64,000 bases of DNA from Octopus sinensis (Eukaryota), in assembly GCF_006345805.1 (NCBI RefSeq), contig NC_043012.1:2232001-2296000 (forward strand). Reading direction: 5' to 3'. Both the position numbers and the translations under genes were made by a program. This document shows, piece after piece, positions 1 through 14,081 of the stretch (positions are counted from its first letter, which is position 1; every line of letters starts with the position of its first letter). The notes below the pieces were generated by a model. That model saw only the letters and a program-made list of their open reading frames with translations. It was not told the DNA's origin and did no database searches.

Positions 1-1516
1 CCACACAGCCATGCCTGTGTCTATAGATACACTTTGCATGAATAAAGACAAATGAATGTTCTTGGCAGGAACACTTTTGGTGTTAAGTTTGGTGGATCAG
101 GGCTAGCCAGGAGCTAACAGCAACAACAACAGGTTGACTCACAGATGTTGATTCTTCTGTCCATTTCGGTTATACTACAATGGAGTCTGTAATTTTCAAC
201 AAGTAAAGTGCAAACTACCACTTTTTTTTATTACTCGACATTCCTGTCTCTCCTCACGTCTTGTCATCTTTCCAGTTAAACAAGAAATACTTTTACAAAA
301 AAAGCCAATAAAAGAGCCTCTATATAGTTGTTCGGCTTGCAACAAACAGCAGCCAAATCTACCTCAAATTACATCTTACTGTGTTGAAGAAGGCAGTAGG
401 GGTGGTAGGGAGACACTGGACAATGTAATCCTAGGTGTGCAATGGGTCGGAGAAGGAAAGGATGGCGGTGGTAGGAAAACCTTTGAATTGCTCGGTCAAG
501 GCTGAACTTGGAGTTGAGCAAACACCAAAACAAACCCTTCTCGTTTCTCTTGAATCATGTCCTCCCAGATGTTCTAGCCTACCAAATATTTCCTATAGAC
601 ATCAACGTTTGGAAGTTCAAATTTCAGTTGTGACACTCTTTATAAAGGGTAGCTCCAAAATCACTGTCTATCTTCCATTCATTACTGTTTTATCAACAAA
701 ATAAACTAACAGACCTGACACTTAGTTCCAGGTAAGCTCCAATCAAGTAAACCTCTGATCAAAAACAATACAGCTATGACCATCCTGTCTTTTTTTTTTT
801 TTTTAGACATGGTACATCAAGAACTAGATTATCCAATGTCTGTCTTTTAAATGGTAGTATATGATTTGAGAGAAATTTAACTACTACTTCTTGCAGATCA
901 GACAACCATGTAGAAGCTCTTTCATTGTAAACACCAAACAGAAAATAATTTTTTGGATCAAGTGGATAAAATTACTACAGATCTAACTCACAGTCTGACA
1001 TATTCCAAACGGTATTGGACTATGTGGACTTGGAAGCATAAATTAAAACAATGTTCACAACTGGAATGTCATTGGTCAGAGATTTGCTGAAAGGGGGGGG
1101 TAATCCAAGTGGCCTATGGATTTAAAAAAAATATTATTTAATGTTTTAGGCAATCCATAATAAAGTTTTTATGTTATTCATAATTTTGTTATAATACACA
1201 AGATAAACAATAGTCTCCTACACATTTTTGTTTCTAATTTTTAACCTTAAAACAATTTTTTAAACATTTTGTCTCTAAACATTGCAAAGTCAAAGAGACT
1301 GAGAACTAGTGTAGGATGTGATTTGAGACTAATTTGGCTGCTGTTTCTAGCAGATCAAGTGACCACACAGAGGCTTTTGATTAATTTGTTTAATATATTT
1401 GACTACTTTTGCACAAGTAATGAAGGTGGTAGTAGTATTGGTGGTTGTTGTTTTGAGGCTTGAGAAATGTTGTGTACTAACAACACTTCATCTTTGGTTG
1501 AGCCATCTCACATAAC

Positions 1517-2265
1517 TTGCTTCCTGTCAGCAGCTGGACAAAGCACATCTCTAAAATTGTCAAGAAGACCGAGGGTGTCTTGGCATCACTCAGCAAGACC
1601 TTTGTCAGCCGCTCTCCAGCTATCTATTTAAGGCTGTATATGGTGTGGCCACACTTGGAATTTGCATCACCGGTCTGGAACCCATATCTTATTCAGAACA
1701 TTGACCTCCTGGAAACTGTTCAGAGACATGCAACCAAGTGAATACCTGCCATCAAGCATCTACCATACTCTGAATGCCTTGCTTCCCTGGGCATAGATAC
1801 ATTGAAACTCCGATGTCTGGCAACTGACTTGGTAAACACCCACAAAATTAATAACCATCGTGCCAACAACCACCTTGAGCACCTTTTTGAGCTCCATGTG
1901 TCTAACACATGTGGGCATGCCTACAAAGTCAGAAAACAGCAGAGCTCCCATGACTCTCAGAAACATTTTTTCACCCTCAGAGTTGCTGAAGTATGGAACA
2001 AACTACCTGCATCAGTTGTTAGCTGCATCCTTTAAAACCTCCATGCTTCCTGAAATTCGCCAACACTACACCTGACATCCCCCCACCATACACATGCACA
2101 CGTGTATATCATGACTCATACACTGTTCACTTTCCTGACTTTTGTACATAATTCTATGTACTGTACATGTACCTTTGATGAGTTGCAGTGCACCTGAACA
2201 CAATAATTTCATTATTATTATTATTATTACTATTATTGTCATCGTCATTGTCATCATCATCATCA
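1517..2265 (+). mobile_element. 5'-truncated CR1/L2(Jockey-group)-like LINE, RT C-terminal region plus 3' UTR and (ATT)n/(CAT)n tail; frameshifted
   Basis: Translation WTKHISKIVKK...VWPHLEFASPVWNPY...LETVQRHATK*IPAIKHLPYSECL...HFFTLRVAEVWNKLP matches the conserved post-RT motifs of CR1/L2-type LINEs (LVRPHLEYASPVWNP; FFSxRVxxxWNxLP). Possible 7-bp TSD CATAACT at 1511-1517 and 2264-2270. Confidence 0.85.
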
Positions 2266-2868
2266 TAACTCTCTTTTGCATATCCTCAAATCAGCTCTGT
2301 TGCTGTGTAGCCCCCAGACCAACCTTGACTGAGCAGCCAAATGTCATATAGGTAATTATTTGAATGGCAAGGAACCTCACAGATGCATCTCCACAGTCGT
2401 AGTATGTTTCCACCTTGCTGACGACTCTGCTGTACACTCCAACATGCAGTGGTGTAATATATGGGACACAGTGTAACAGTCTGTGATACTGCACTCTTTC
2501 CACAGTCCAATATATCTCATGCATGCTGAAAGGTTCTGCTGGTAGCCTCAGTGAAAGCAGGTAAGGTGGTGAACTCCAAGCACAATGGTTACTCTTCCTT
2601 TCTGCATTTTAATGGTTTCTATTATTGCACAGCGTTTAGAAGAAATGCTTGATACCTTTTATTCAAAATGTATTTTTTTGTACCCCTTGGAATGTGACAT
2701 AAGTGATTCCAAACACCCAATATTTGACAACATGCCAAAATATTTGGTTAACAGAAGGTAATCTTTATATCCATGGCTGACTTGTTAGAACATGTTAAAT
2801 TGGGTTTAAAGATTATGTTCTGGTATTAATACTACTTCCATCGTTAATAATTAATAGTTATCGTTTAT

Positions 2869-3240
2869 CTTTTACTTGTTTCAGTTATTAGACTGTGGCT
2901 ATGCTGGGGCACTGCCTTGAAGAGTTTTTAGTGAAATGAATTGACTCCAGTACTTTTTTTAAGCCTTGTACTTATTCTATTGGTCTTCTTGCTGAATTTC
3001 TAAGTTACATGGATGTAAACACACCAACACTAGTTGTCAAGCAGTAGTGGGGGAGAAACACACACACACACACGTATATACATGATGGACTTCTTTCAGT
3101 TTCTGTCTACCAAATCCATTCACAAGGCTTTGGTCAGCTCAAGGTTATAATAAAAGACAGTCTGCTCAAGGTGCCACACAGTGGGACTGAACCTGGAACC
3201 ATGTGGTAGGGAAGCAATCTTCTTACTACCACACAACTTG
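2869..3240 (-). mobile_element. SINE family A (tRNA-derived head, CORE-like segment, internal microsatellite), older copy
   Basis: Reverse complement of the family seen at 43677-44038: head ...gtggtaagaagattgctt...ggttcagtcccactg, tail ...ccagcatagccacagtc..tgaaacaagtaaaag. Confidence 0.85.
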
Positions 3241-4595
3241 TGCCTATATTTTTTTTGGTTAACATTTATTTCCAACATGAAGTTGGTGTGCTGCTGCTCT
3301 TATTGTTTAGCCCCGAGTCAGCCTTGACTGGGCAGCTGTATGATCAAAAGTGTTCCAACAGTGACCAAATTTTCTCTACTTAAAAATGGTAGTGAACTAT
3401 TTCAGGACAATTTATTTGCTATTTCTAACAGGTTAAGCAATAGTATTGAGGACCCTCACATTCGCTTATGAAGTCTGGAAGTTCCTTCATAGCAGACCTA
3501 TAATCAAAGTCATTTCAACCGTGATCATCTTGTTTTTCAGTATATCTATAACTACATTGTCTCATGTCACCTTCCGTTTTTTTTTCGGACAGCATGATGC
3601 ATTTGAGAGAGATTTGCTACTTTTGAGGGATTAAACGGTTGAGTAGCAGCAACCTTTTTGCTTGTGGCCTTGTAATCTATGTAGATATAAGTCAGGCACA
3701 AGAAACGAAAGGGAAACGATATCATGCCAATCAGGAATCTAAACTGCATCACAGGGGTTCGGTTCAGTGGATAAGGAAATTACATCAACACGATGCTCCT
3801 CGTCAATAGTTAGAAGAATGAATAGGATGTTGTGGTTGTCATGGTTTTCATAAAGGCCTTTGTGACGTAAGTGAAATATTTCCTAGTGGAATTTGAAATC
3901 GAGTCGCAGATTCTGCTATACTAAGATACGCATCATCAGCAGCAGCAGTGGCAGTAGTAGTAGTAGTAGTAGTAGTAGTTGCTGATGTTTAGTTGGTCCA
4001 GGTCAAGCTTGATTGAGCAGACCTAATTTAAAAGCCTTTCCGTGCGGACCACCCTGCATTTTATTTTAGGGTATGAAGGACTGTTATCTAATGTCTGTCC
4101 TTCTCCGCTCTCAGACGATGAAATGTTATTTGAAAGAGAGAGATGCAGCTGCTATTTCTACCTGGTCGAGTGACCACATAAGATTTCCTAGTTGACTCGT
4201 TGCAGAAGTTGAAGGGTGATCTTGATTAAGTAGACTTGTAATTAAAATCACTTCAGTTATAACCACCACTCCATCCTTTAATCAGGCATTGTGTATCAAG
4301 AACTACATTATATTATGTCCTGTTTTACTTAAAACGGAAAGTTATGATTTGAGGGAGATTTGACAGCTATTTCTAGTAGATCGAATGACCGTGTAGAGGC
4401 ACCATAAAGGAGAAAATGTAAATATTTTCTAATACTTTAGTGTCATTGTTAATGACAATGGGACAGGAATGAACTCCACAACCCAGTTTCCTCATAGACC
4501 CATAAACAAGGATAACACTGTAATCTTATAAGTAAAGCCACCGATTTTCTCACAAGTAAAAGACAAACAGAACGAATACACACACGCACACACAC

Positions 4596-4656
<61 letters not shown>

Positions 4657-5258
4657 CGTCTGACAAAGGCGAATACGCAGAAACTTCGAAGTTATTGTCA
4701 ACATATTCCTTGAAAAAGTTTATGGATCAATCCAGTTTAATGTTTTAAAATGTTTTTGTCTTATATATAACTTGAGACGGAAAAAAAACAAACATATTAT
4801 ATGCGCATGCATGCGTGTGTGCGTACGCGTCTGTGCGTGCGCGTGCGTGCGTGAGTGTGTGTGTTTGTGTGTGTGTGTGTGTGTGCGTGTGTGCGTGCGT
4901 GTGTGTGTGCGTGTGCGTGTGTGTGTGTGCGCGAGTTCTCGTAGCAGTACCTGGCCTTGCCCGGGTTTATATTAACAGCACGACTACCCCCTCAACGCAA
5001 TCTTATGATTAACCCTACCCCCTATTTTAGATAAATTACTTTGAAAAGATGCTGGCAGTCTTGGGTTAGATCGAGAATAATTACTGCAACGAAGCAATCC
5101 TTTTTCTAGAAAGCTTAAGTAAAAGCCATACGAGCCTACGTTATGACCTTCTTTCCAGAAAGATGTGCTCCTATGTGAAATTCCAGTCACTTAGGTGCAA
5201 AACTGTGACCTATAATTTAGAACATACATACTTCTTTCATGTATGTATGTTGTGCCAG

Positions 5259-5295
<37 letters not shown>

Positions 5296-5296
5296 A

Positions 5297-5372
<76 letters not shown>

Positions 5373-6450
5373 TACATCCACAAACATATATATACATATA
5401 TATATGGAGAGAGAGAGAGAGAGATACACATATACAAACGTATATATATATATGTGTATGTATGTATGTATGTATGTATGTATGTATGTACGTACGTGCG
5501 TATGTATGTATGCATATGCTTGTGTGTGTGTGTGAAGGGTACAGCATTTATGTATGTGTCTATATGCTTCAGTGTATATATGAATGGAAGTCGAGCATGT
5601 TCCCAAACGAATCACTCCATGGGTCTATTATTTAGAGAAGATAGAATGCATGGACGCCTATGTGTTAGGCTTTATGCCCGAATGAATGAGGTTACGAGGG
5701 AGAGAGAAGAAAGAAAAGAAGAAGAAAAAAACAGTTCTACGTCGAGCTGCACCGCTGATTTTCCGCGAATCGATGACTGATGCAGACTGATCGAAGTATA
5801 TGGACGGTGATGTATACTGCAATTAGTAGTGGCGGAGCAGAGCAGGGAGAAGAAAGGAAGAGAAACGGGAAGTGTGGAATTAAGGTTAGGAGCTGTAAAA
5901 TATCACGAGAAAGAAAAGAGACACAAAAGGGAGAGAGCGAGAGAGAGGGATGGAGGGAGAAAATAAAGAAGAAAAAGAGGGAGAACGGAAATCGAAAGAG
6001 AGAAAGAGAGAGAGCGTAGAGACATAGAAAGAGAGAAATCAGGAATACAGAGAGAACGAGAAAATAAAGACAGAAAGCAGACATACAAAGAGAGAGAGAG
6101 AGAGAGAGCGCAAAGACGTTTGTGTGTGATGACGGAGGAGGCGGAAACCCTAAAACTTGCTCGATAAGAAACGAAGAATGAATCAAGCAGTTTTATGTTA
6201 TGTTAATAACAATTAATAATTAGTAGAGGTGAAATACTGCCTTTCCCAAAAATTGCACGATATTGTTACACATATGCATATTAAATCGGTGTTAAGAGAC
6301 AGACATATTTATCGAAGAAATAGAAGGAAATGAGTTAATATAGGAACATACGCAGCATACAGTAGCATTTTCTGGTCTTTTCCGCTACACACAGGCACAT
6401 ACTTTTGTACACAAAATATATTAATCAAGCATACACACACACACACACAA

Positions 6451-6511
<61 letters not shown>

Positions 6512-8074
6512 CCATGTATATAACACACATATATATAATGTGTATGAGTGAGTGTTTGCTGTCCGTTTGTGTGTGTATATACACACTAACATACACATTA
6601 TACACACCTATACATTATACACTCACGTGCTCAAAGGCTGCAGGGGTATTTCACCGTGTATTATTATTATTAAAGAACAGAAAACCCCTCCCCGAATATT
6701 AACGTGTTGCATTCATTTAATCACTTAATCTCCCCCCTTCCCTTATATAAATACACACACACATATATACATGTATATTGGAAGAAGCTTGAATAAACAT
6801 TTTTATTATTGCCTTTCTTTGAATTTTGTTTTAAATTGAGTAAATATATTTATTGTTCTAAGAACCCATCTGAAGTCCATATCAAACGGTATATGAATAA
6901 ATAAATAACAAAAGATCATTCAACCGCCTTAAATTGCGTAAATCTCACAACTACACAGACGTTAGTCGGTTTATCTTTGGCTTCTTCCATCCACTAATTC
7001 GAATACCAACACAGCATTTCGACAAAATATCAGTTTTCTTTTCGTAACTGTGAAGGGTAAAGATTTTTTTCTTCTTTTTTTTAGGGGAGAGGGGACATGG
7101 TCTGCAGAAAATTGTGACGATCATGGCTTATTTTCACCCCCAAGGGCGTCAGAGACGTTAATATGACAGGAATCAAAAGGGCTGTTTTCCCCCCAGAAGG
7201 GGTAATAAAACTGAATTGCGGAAACACACGGATCTCCGACAGCTTAACCTCTTCCACACGACAGCAAGCAACTAGGTGAAATAATGACGATTATATAATA
7301 ATTATAATAATGATATAAATGGTGATGATGATGATGATGATGATGATTTATGATGATGATAATGGTGATGATGATGGTGGTGATGGTGGTGGCAGTGATG
7401 AGGAAGATGATAATAAAAGTGACAGTGGTGATAATGATGGTGGTGGTGGTGGTGGTGGTGGTGGTGGTTGTGGTGGAGGTGATGATAATTATTATTTCTA
7501 GCATCAACTTTTATGGTCTGGTGATTTCTTACAGACACCAGAGATTCGGTGTTTTTATAGTGGAGGGAAAGACGATGTTATGAGATTTCATAATGTTCAT
7601 GCCTTTCTCAAGGGCATTAGTGACATTAAAGCGAAACGAATTGAAATGGCTACAAGCCGGGGAGCTGAGAATCCGTTGATTATGATGTATTATAGAAATC
7701 AACAGGCATTGATCACCACTGTTCATGGTGATTGAACATTCGGAGACAGGGAGTGAAAGGAAATATTTCCATGAACCACCCCTATCTTCTCCCTTCCCAA
7801 AAACAAAAAAAGAAAGTAAATAAAAGGCATATAATAATTTCTTGAAAACGATGAGAATATTGATAATTATAAATGAATTATCTCTTTCAAAATGGAACAT
7901 CAGAAAAGGCTATAAATAATGAATAAATCTGACGAAACAATGACATATACTCCTTACAGAGCAGATACGTATTACAGCAATTATCAACAAAGTTACACGT
8001 AGCTATTGATCATACATGCACATACATGCATACACATATACATACATACATACATACATACATACATACATACA

Positions 8075-8105
<31 letters not shown>

Positions 8106-8152
8106 GTTTTACAAATATACATATATATTTCTTTACTGCCCACAAGGGGCTT

Positions 8153-8251
<99 letters not shown>

Positions 8252-8829
8252 TGTATGTATATGTGTATACATACATACATACATATATACATACATACAT
8301 ATGTGTGTGTGTATGTATATGCATATGTATGTATATGCATACTTATACACAGAATCTCTTGTAGTTTGGTTAATACTTCAACACACGCACTATCTATTCG
8401 AATTACCTAGTAATATCACCTTTCCTCAGCCCATCATCCATCCTACGATTCTACAATAATTGTGTTTCAAGCACATGATTTTTTTCTTCTCTTTCTAAAT
8501 ATTTTGTTTCTCTTTTTTGTTTACGTGAAATCATTTCTTGAAAACAAAATATATATATATGCGTATATAAGAAAAGGCACGTTTGTGCATATTAAACATG
8601 CATGTTTTAAATACATACACATGTATATGTAAATAGAACGAAGGTTCCAGCCCTCCAAAACACATAGAGAGGGAAAGGGAGGTAGGAAAAAGAGAGAAAG
8701 ACTTGGAATTTTGTGTAGTAAAATGTATTGCACGGTTTTCCTTCGTTTTTCTTTTCTTTTTCATTCATTCATTCTTAACGTGAAAAATAAAGGAGTAGAA
8801 AAGAATGAAAAGAAATAAATTACCTATTC

Positions 8830-9080
8830 GCAGAAGCATACAGCTAAATGAAGCAGGACGGACAATCAGCAGCGGCCGTAAGAGTAAAAAGTCTCGCAAG
8901 GTGCTTGGCCAATAAACATTCAATTTGACGTAAACAACTCGCTCGTGCTGCGGCCGATTTCAAAACATCCGCATGCGCACTCAATCAGCAATTAATGGCG
9001 AAAAGGACGTTAAGTGCCAATCGAAGTCGGGGTGGGTAGTGCGCTCGGGGTTATCTCCCTTGGAAGTTGTCGCAGCTCCT
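8830..9080. promoter_or_regulatory. CpG-rich promoter-like region
   Basis: Dense CpG. CCAAT at 8909-8913 and 9017-9021, TGACGTAA (CRE-like) at 8926-8933, GTAAACAA (forkhead-like) at 8930-8937, CCGCATGCGCA (NRF1-like) at 8969-8979, AATGGCG at 8994-9000. Motif identity is by consensus only. Confidence 0.5.
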
Positions 9081-9093
9081 CTGTCTGCCTGTC

Positions 9094-9220
<127 letters not shown>

Positions 9221-9474
9221 GTCTGTCTATCTATCAATCTATCTCTATACATACATACATATATATACATATATATATATATATATACAAAATAAGAAAA
9301 TGGAGAAATACATCTAAATCAAATATCAATTACCAGATAATACTCAATCACATAATTTATTAAACCACCACGTAAGAAACTTTAGGGTTAAACATAAAAA
9401 AGTAGAACAAACAGTGTACATAAAGGAGTGTAACCCCTATCTCGATTTGTATATATATATACATACATATTATA

Positions 9475-9532
<58 letters not shown>

Positions 9533-9559
9533 ATGTATATATATATGTATATGTATATA

Positions 9560-9592
<33 letters not shown>

Positions 9593-10016
9593 CTGTATGT
9601 ACATGTATACGCATATATATAGAGAGACAGACACACAGACATACAGACAGGCAGTTATCCCATGGAGGGTTGCATTTACAACCCCTATCTCAATTTGTAT
9701 ATATATATAGTAACTATATACAGTTTACATATATTTTAGGATGTTGATTATTATGGCCAGTCAGAGAGTAACCATTGGTTTTGCACCTATAAAGTCCTTA
9801 GCAGTGCAGGCAACTCATCAAACTCAAATGGCCAAAGGTCATACATACATACCAATATATATGCATACATATATATGCATGAATGTATTAATATATCTAT
9901 CAATAACATATCAATCAATACATGTGTATACAGACATGTGTGTGTGTGTGTGTGTGTGTGCATGTATGTATGTATGTATGTATGTATGTATGCATGTATA
10001 TATGTATGTATGCATG

Positions 10017-10047
<31 letters not shown>

Positions 10048-10928
10048 ATGAATCTATCTATTTACTCATCTTTCTAGCTCTCAATCAATCTACCTGTTTC
10101 TATGTGTGTGTGTATATATATATATATATATCTGTTTATCTATCTATCTATCTATCTATCTACTTGTTATGTATATATCGGTTTGTCTTCCCCCATTCTC
10201 TCTCTCACACACACACACACACTGATCTAATTCCTTGTTCTTCTGATTCCTTCTGTTTCCCTTTCTTTATTCTTCCTCCTCCTTCCTTTCCATTTGCTTC
10301 TTTCCTTAATTTCTATATTTCTCTCATTCTCCTTTACTCTTTTCCTCTCATTCTTCATTCAGTGTCCCACCTCCTTCTCTCTCTCTCCTCTATCTCTCTT
10401 TCTCTCTCTCTCTTTCTTTCTCTCTTTCTCACGAGTGTGTGTATATGTGCCTTTTGAACTCTTCTTCTCTCCTTCTCTGACTTCACTTTAATATTCAGCC
10501 TTTTTCTTTCAATCTTTCTCACCACTTCTGTCTCTCTTTGACTGTTTCTTCACATGTCTCTAAGTCTTCCAGATTTTCCCCTTTTCTCACTGTCTTTATA
10601 ACATATCTTCTTCCCCTTAGTTTTCTCTGTCTCATCCTCAACATACTCTGATTCTCTCAGCGTTCTCCCTCTCTATCATATCCTGTCTTTCTCTTTGTCA
10701 ATGTTTCCCTATCTGTCTGTTTCATTCCTCTTCCATTCCTCTTATCCTTTTTCTCTCCCTCAATATCTCCATAATTTATATCATTGTCTATTCTTTTATC
10801 TTGTCTCTCAATCAATAAATAAATCAATCGATTAGTCATTTAATCAATTACTCAATCAATCAAGTTTGCTGTCTGTCTGTCTGTCTGATTGTCTGCCTGT
10901 CTGTCCATTTCCCTGAGTGTGCATCATG

Positions 10929-11087
10929 CACGGCTGCGTGGTAAAATGTTTGCTTCTCAATCACATGGTGCTGTGTTCAGTCCCACCGTGTAACACTTTA
11001 AGCAAGTGTCTTGTAATATATTCCCAGTCTGACCAATGCCTTGTCAGTGAATTTGGTTGAAGGAATCTGAAAGAAGCTCATCATGTA

Positions 11088-11129
<42 letters not shown>

Positions 11130-11243
11130 GCCCCCAACACCACTTGACAACCAATATTATGAATACTATGGTCAAGTTTTTTACTAAACTCTTCAAGGGG
11201 GTGCTCCAGCCAACATCGCAACAGTCCAATGACTAAACAAAGT
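10929..11243 (+). mobile_element. SINE family A copy
   Basis: ggctgcgtggtaaaatgtttgct...gttcagtcccac...gcaagtgtctt...(TG)n...gtgctccagc...tgactaaacaaagt, colinear with the other copies. Confidence 0.8.
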
Positions 11244-11245
11244 GA

Positions 11246-11663
<418 letters not shown>

Positions 11664-11759
11664 TATATATACACATATATTAAACGATGATGATGATGAT
11701 GATTATATATCCGAAAAATAAGCACACTCAAAAGTATTAGAGCAGTGATATATTTTTTA

Positions 11760-12190
11760 GGAAGTCAAAAGTTAAGGCCAATCATAAAATGACCATTGGT
11801 TTCACATCTATAAAGCGCTTAGCAACATAGGTGACTCATCGAACTTAAATGGCTGAAAGTGCATAGCCTTTCTACAACTAGAGGGAAAATAGATAATGGT
11901 CAGTTGGTTTGTATACAAGAAATATACAAAAAATAAATGTCCATGGTCCAGGCATGATGGGGTTGTCCCCCCTTACATTGGCTCTGACTGTGCTGATATT
12001 TGGAGATACAGCAAGTATACTCTACTAATGGAGAATTCCAAGTTTGTAGTAGGAAACGTTTTAGATGAGGGCATTGATTGAATACTTCTTTCCTGAAGTT
12101 TAAAAAGATCCCTGGGTATAGAGAGAGTCTTTCTAAGATTCTTGTCTTCTCTGCCAAGCAAAGCTTACATCGTTTGCTCCCATTTATATA
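11760..12190 (-). mobile_element. Penelope-like element (PLE) 3' fragment: Cys/His motif after the GIY-YIG domain plus 3' flank
   Basis: 12190-12047 translates YINGSKRCKLCLAEKTRILE...FLNFRKEVFNQCPHLKRFLL, matching the PLE C-terminal pattern Y...KRCxLCLxEK...LNxRxE...CxHxxKFLL. The downstream flank recurs at ~9745-9845. Confidence 0.75.
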
Positions 12191-12399
12191 AGTCTCTAAT
12201 TGTTCATGGAGGCATGTGCGATTGAAGAGTCCGCCATCTAAGCAATAGCGCATGTAGATGGAAGGCGAGTCTAGTGGGATTTCATTAAACATGGCAGCCA
12301 TGTACAAGGAGAAACAAGTTGGTGCCTGGATGCATCCTTGCTTAAGACCTCCAGTGATGGGAAACGGGTCTGTGAGGGCACGAACCAGGGCAATGAATT

Positions 12400-13213
12400 C
12401 CTCCGGACATCCATCAGCAGAATACCAGCAAGGAATTCGAGAAACTCAGAACATCTGGTGGCAGAGGAAAGCAGAGGAGATATAAAACTATGCAGACCAA
12501 CAAGATTTGTGCAGCTTTTATGCTGCAACCAAGGCGATCTTCGGCCCCACAAGGTCATCAGTAGGCGGCCTGAATAACACAGCTGGCTCAACAATAACCA
12601 ACAACCAGGGAATCTTCGACCACTGGAAGTCCCATTTCCAGTGCCTACTTAACGACCACTCACACACTCCTGACGATCTCCGCCAAAACACCACACAGCT
12701 CTCCATCTGCCACTGGATGTCCCTGCCACCCTCACACCATGAGTTCAACAAGGCACCTGTGCGTATGAAGCTGGAGAAGGCTCCAGGATCAGACAACATC
12801 CAGTTTGAATTTTTCATGCATGGAGGTCCTGAGCTGAAAAAAATCATCTGATGCTCCTTATCCTCAAGATCTGGGAAAGCAAGACCCTCACCCCTGAACA
12901 ACTTCCGCGGTGCAACTGTCGTCCCCATCTACAAGAAGGGGGACTGAGAAGATTGCAACAACTATCGGGGCATCTCACTCCTGAGTATTGCAAGTAAGAT
13001 CTTCACCCGTATCCTACTCAATCGCTTCCTCATCCTTGCGGAAGACGTGCTCCCTGAGTCCCAGTGTGGCTTTCGACCCTCTCGAGGCACAATCAACAAC
13101 ATGGCCTTTTGTGCCCTTCAACTCCAGAAGAAGTGTCAGAAACAACAACAGCCTGCAATGTTCATCTTCTGGGAGCTAAAGAAAGCCTTTGACAAGGTCC
13201 CCCATCCTGCAAT
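12400..13213 (+). mobile_element. RTE-clade (BovB-like) LINE fragment, linker plus N-terminal RT; stops and frameshifts; truncated at (TA)n
   Basis: WWQRKAEEI*NYADQQDLCSFYAATKAIFGP; HWKSHFQCLLN; KAPGSDNI; NYRGISLLSIASKIFTRILLNR; LPESQCGFRPSRGT; ELKKAFDKV. These are canonical RTE ORF2 motifs. Confidence 0.92.
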
Positions 13214-13230
13214 GTATATATATATATATA

Positions 13231-13630
13231 TCTTTATATATAAAAGTAAGGTTGTGTGCTGTCTGTCTCCTACGATTTAGATTCCTAACTACTCCCACAT
13301 TTTGCAGTGCAGTTTAACCAAAACCGGGTATCTTATCGTCGTGATTCATATCAAGCCCTTCTGGGTATTAGCGCGCGTCTACGATGAGTCTACGATTTTA
13401 AAATAAATTTACCATCATTTTTTTTCATTTTAATGCATTTTTTCGCTATTATATAAGGGAAGTAACTCTCTAAAAATGTCTACGATGAGTCAACGATTTT
13501 AAAAAAAATTTACCATCATTTTTTTTCCATTTTTAATGCATTTTTTTGCTGTTTTTTGGCTATAACTCTCTAAAAATGCTTATATAGTTATTTCCCTTAC
13601 AAACCCGAGCAACGCCAGGCGATACTGCTA

Positions 13631-13631
<1 letters not shown>
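13231..13631 (+). mobile_element. Non-autonomous Helitron (401 bp) inserted between A and T in a (TA)n tract
   Basis: 5' A|TCTTTATATATAAAAG; 3' hairpin cccgagcaacgccagg followed by CTAG|T (13628-13631); no TSD. Internal ~100-bp tandem duplication (13378-13478 / 13479-13579). Confidence 0.85.
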
Positions 13632-13686
<55 letters not shown>

Positions 13687-14081
13687 GCATATATACTTTT
13701 ATGCACACATGTATGAATATTATACTGTAATGTAGTGGTTTGGCATAAGACAACGATACAATAAGTACGAGAGATAAATAATATGCACTGAAGTTGGTTT
13801 GTTTGACTAAAAAACCCTTCACGGCAGTGCCCCAGCGTGGCCGCAATTTAATGATCAAGACAAGTAAAAGACAAATTGTAAAAGATAAAAATGCCACACA
13901 CACACACATACACACATCCACGTATGCATGTATGCACATATGCACACACAAACACACACACACACATACGTACTCACGCACACACACACATCCATGTATG
14001 CATGAATGCACATATGCACACACAAACACACACACACACACACACATACGTACATACATACATACATACATACATACATAC

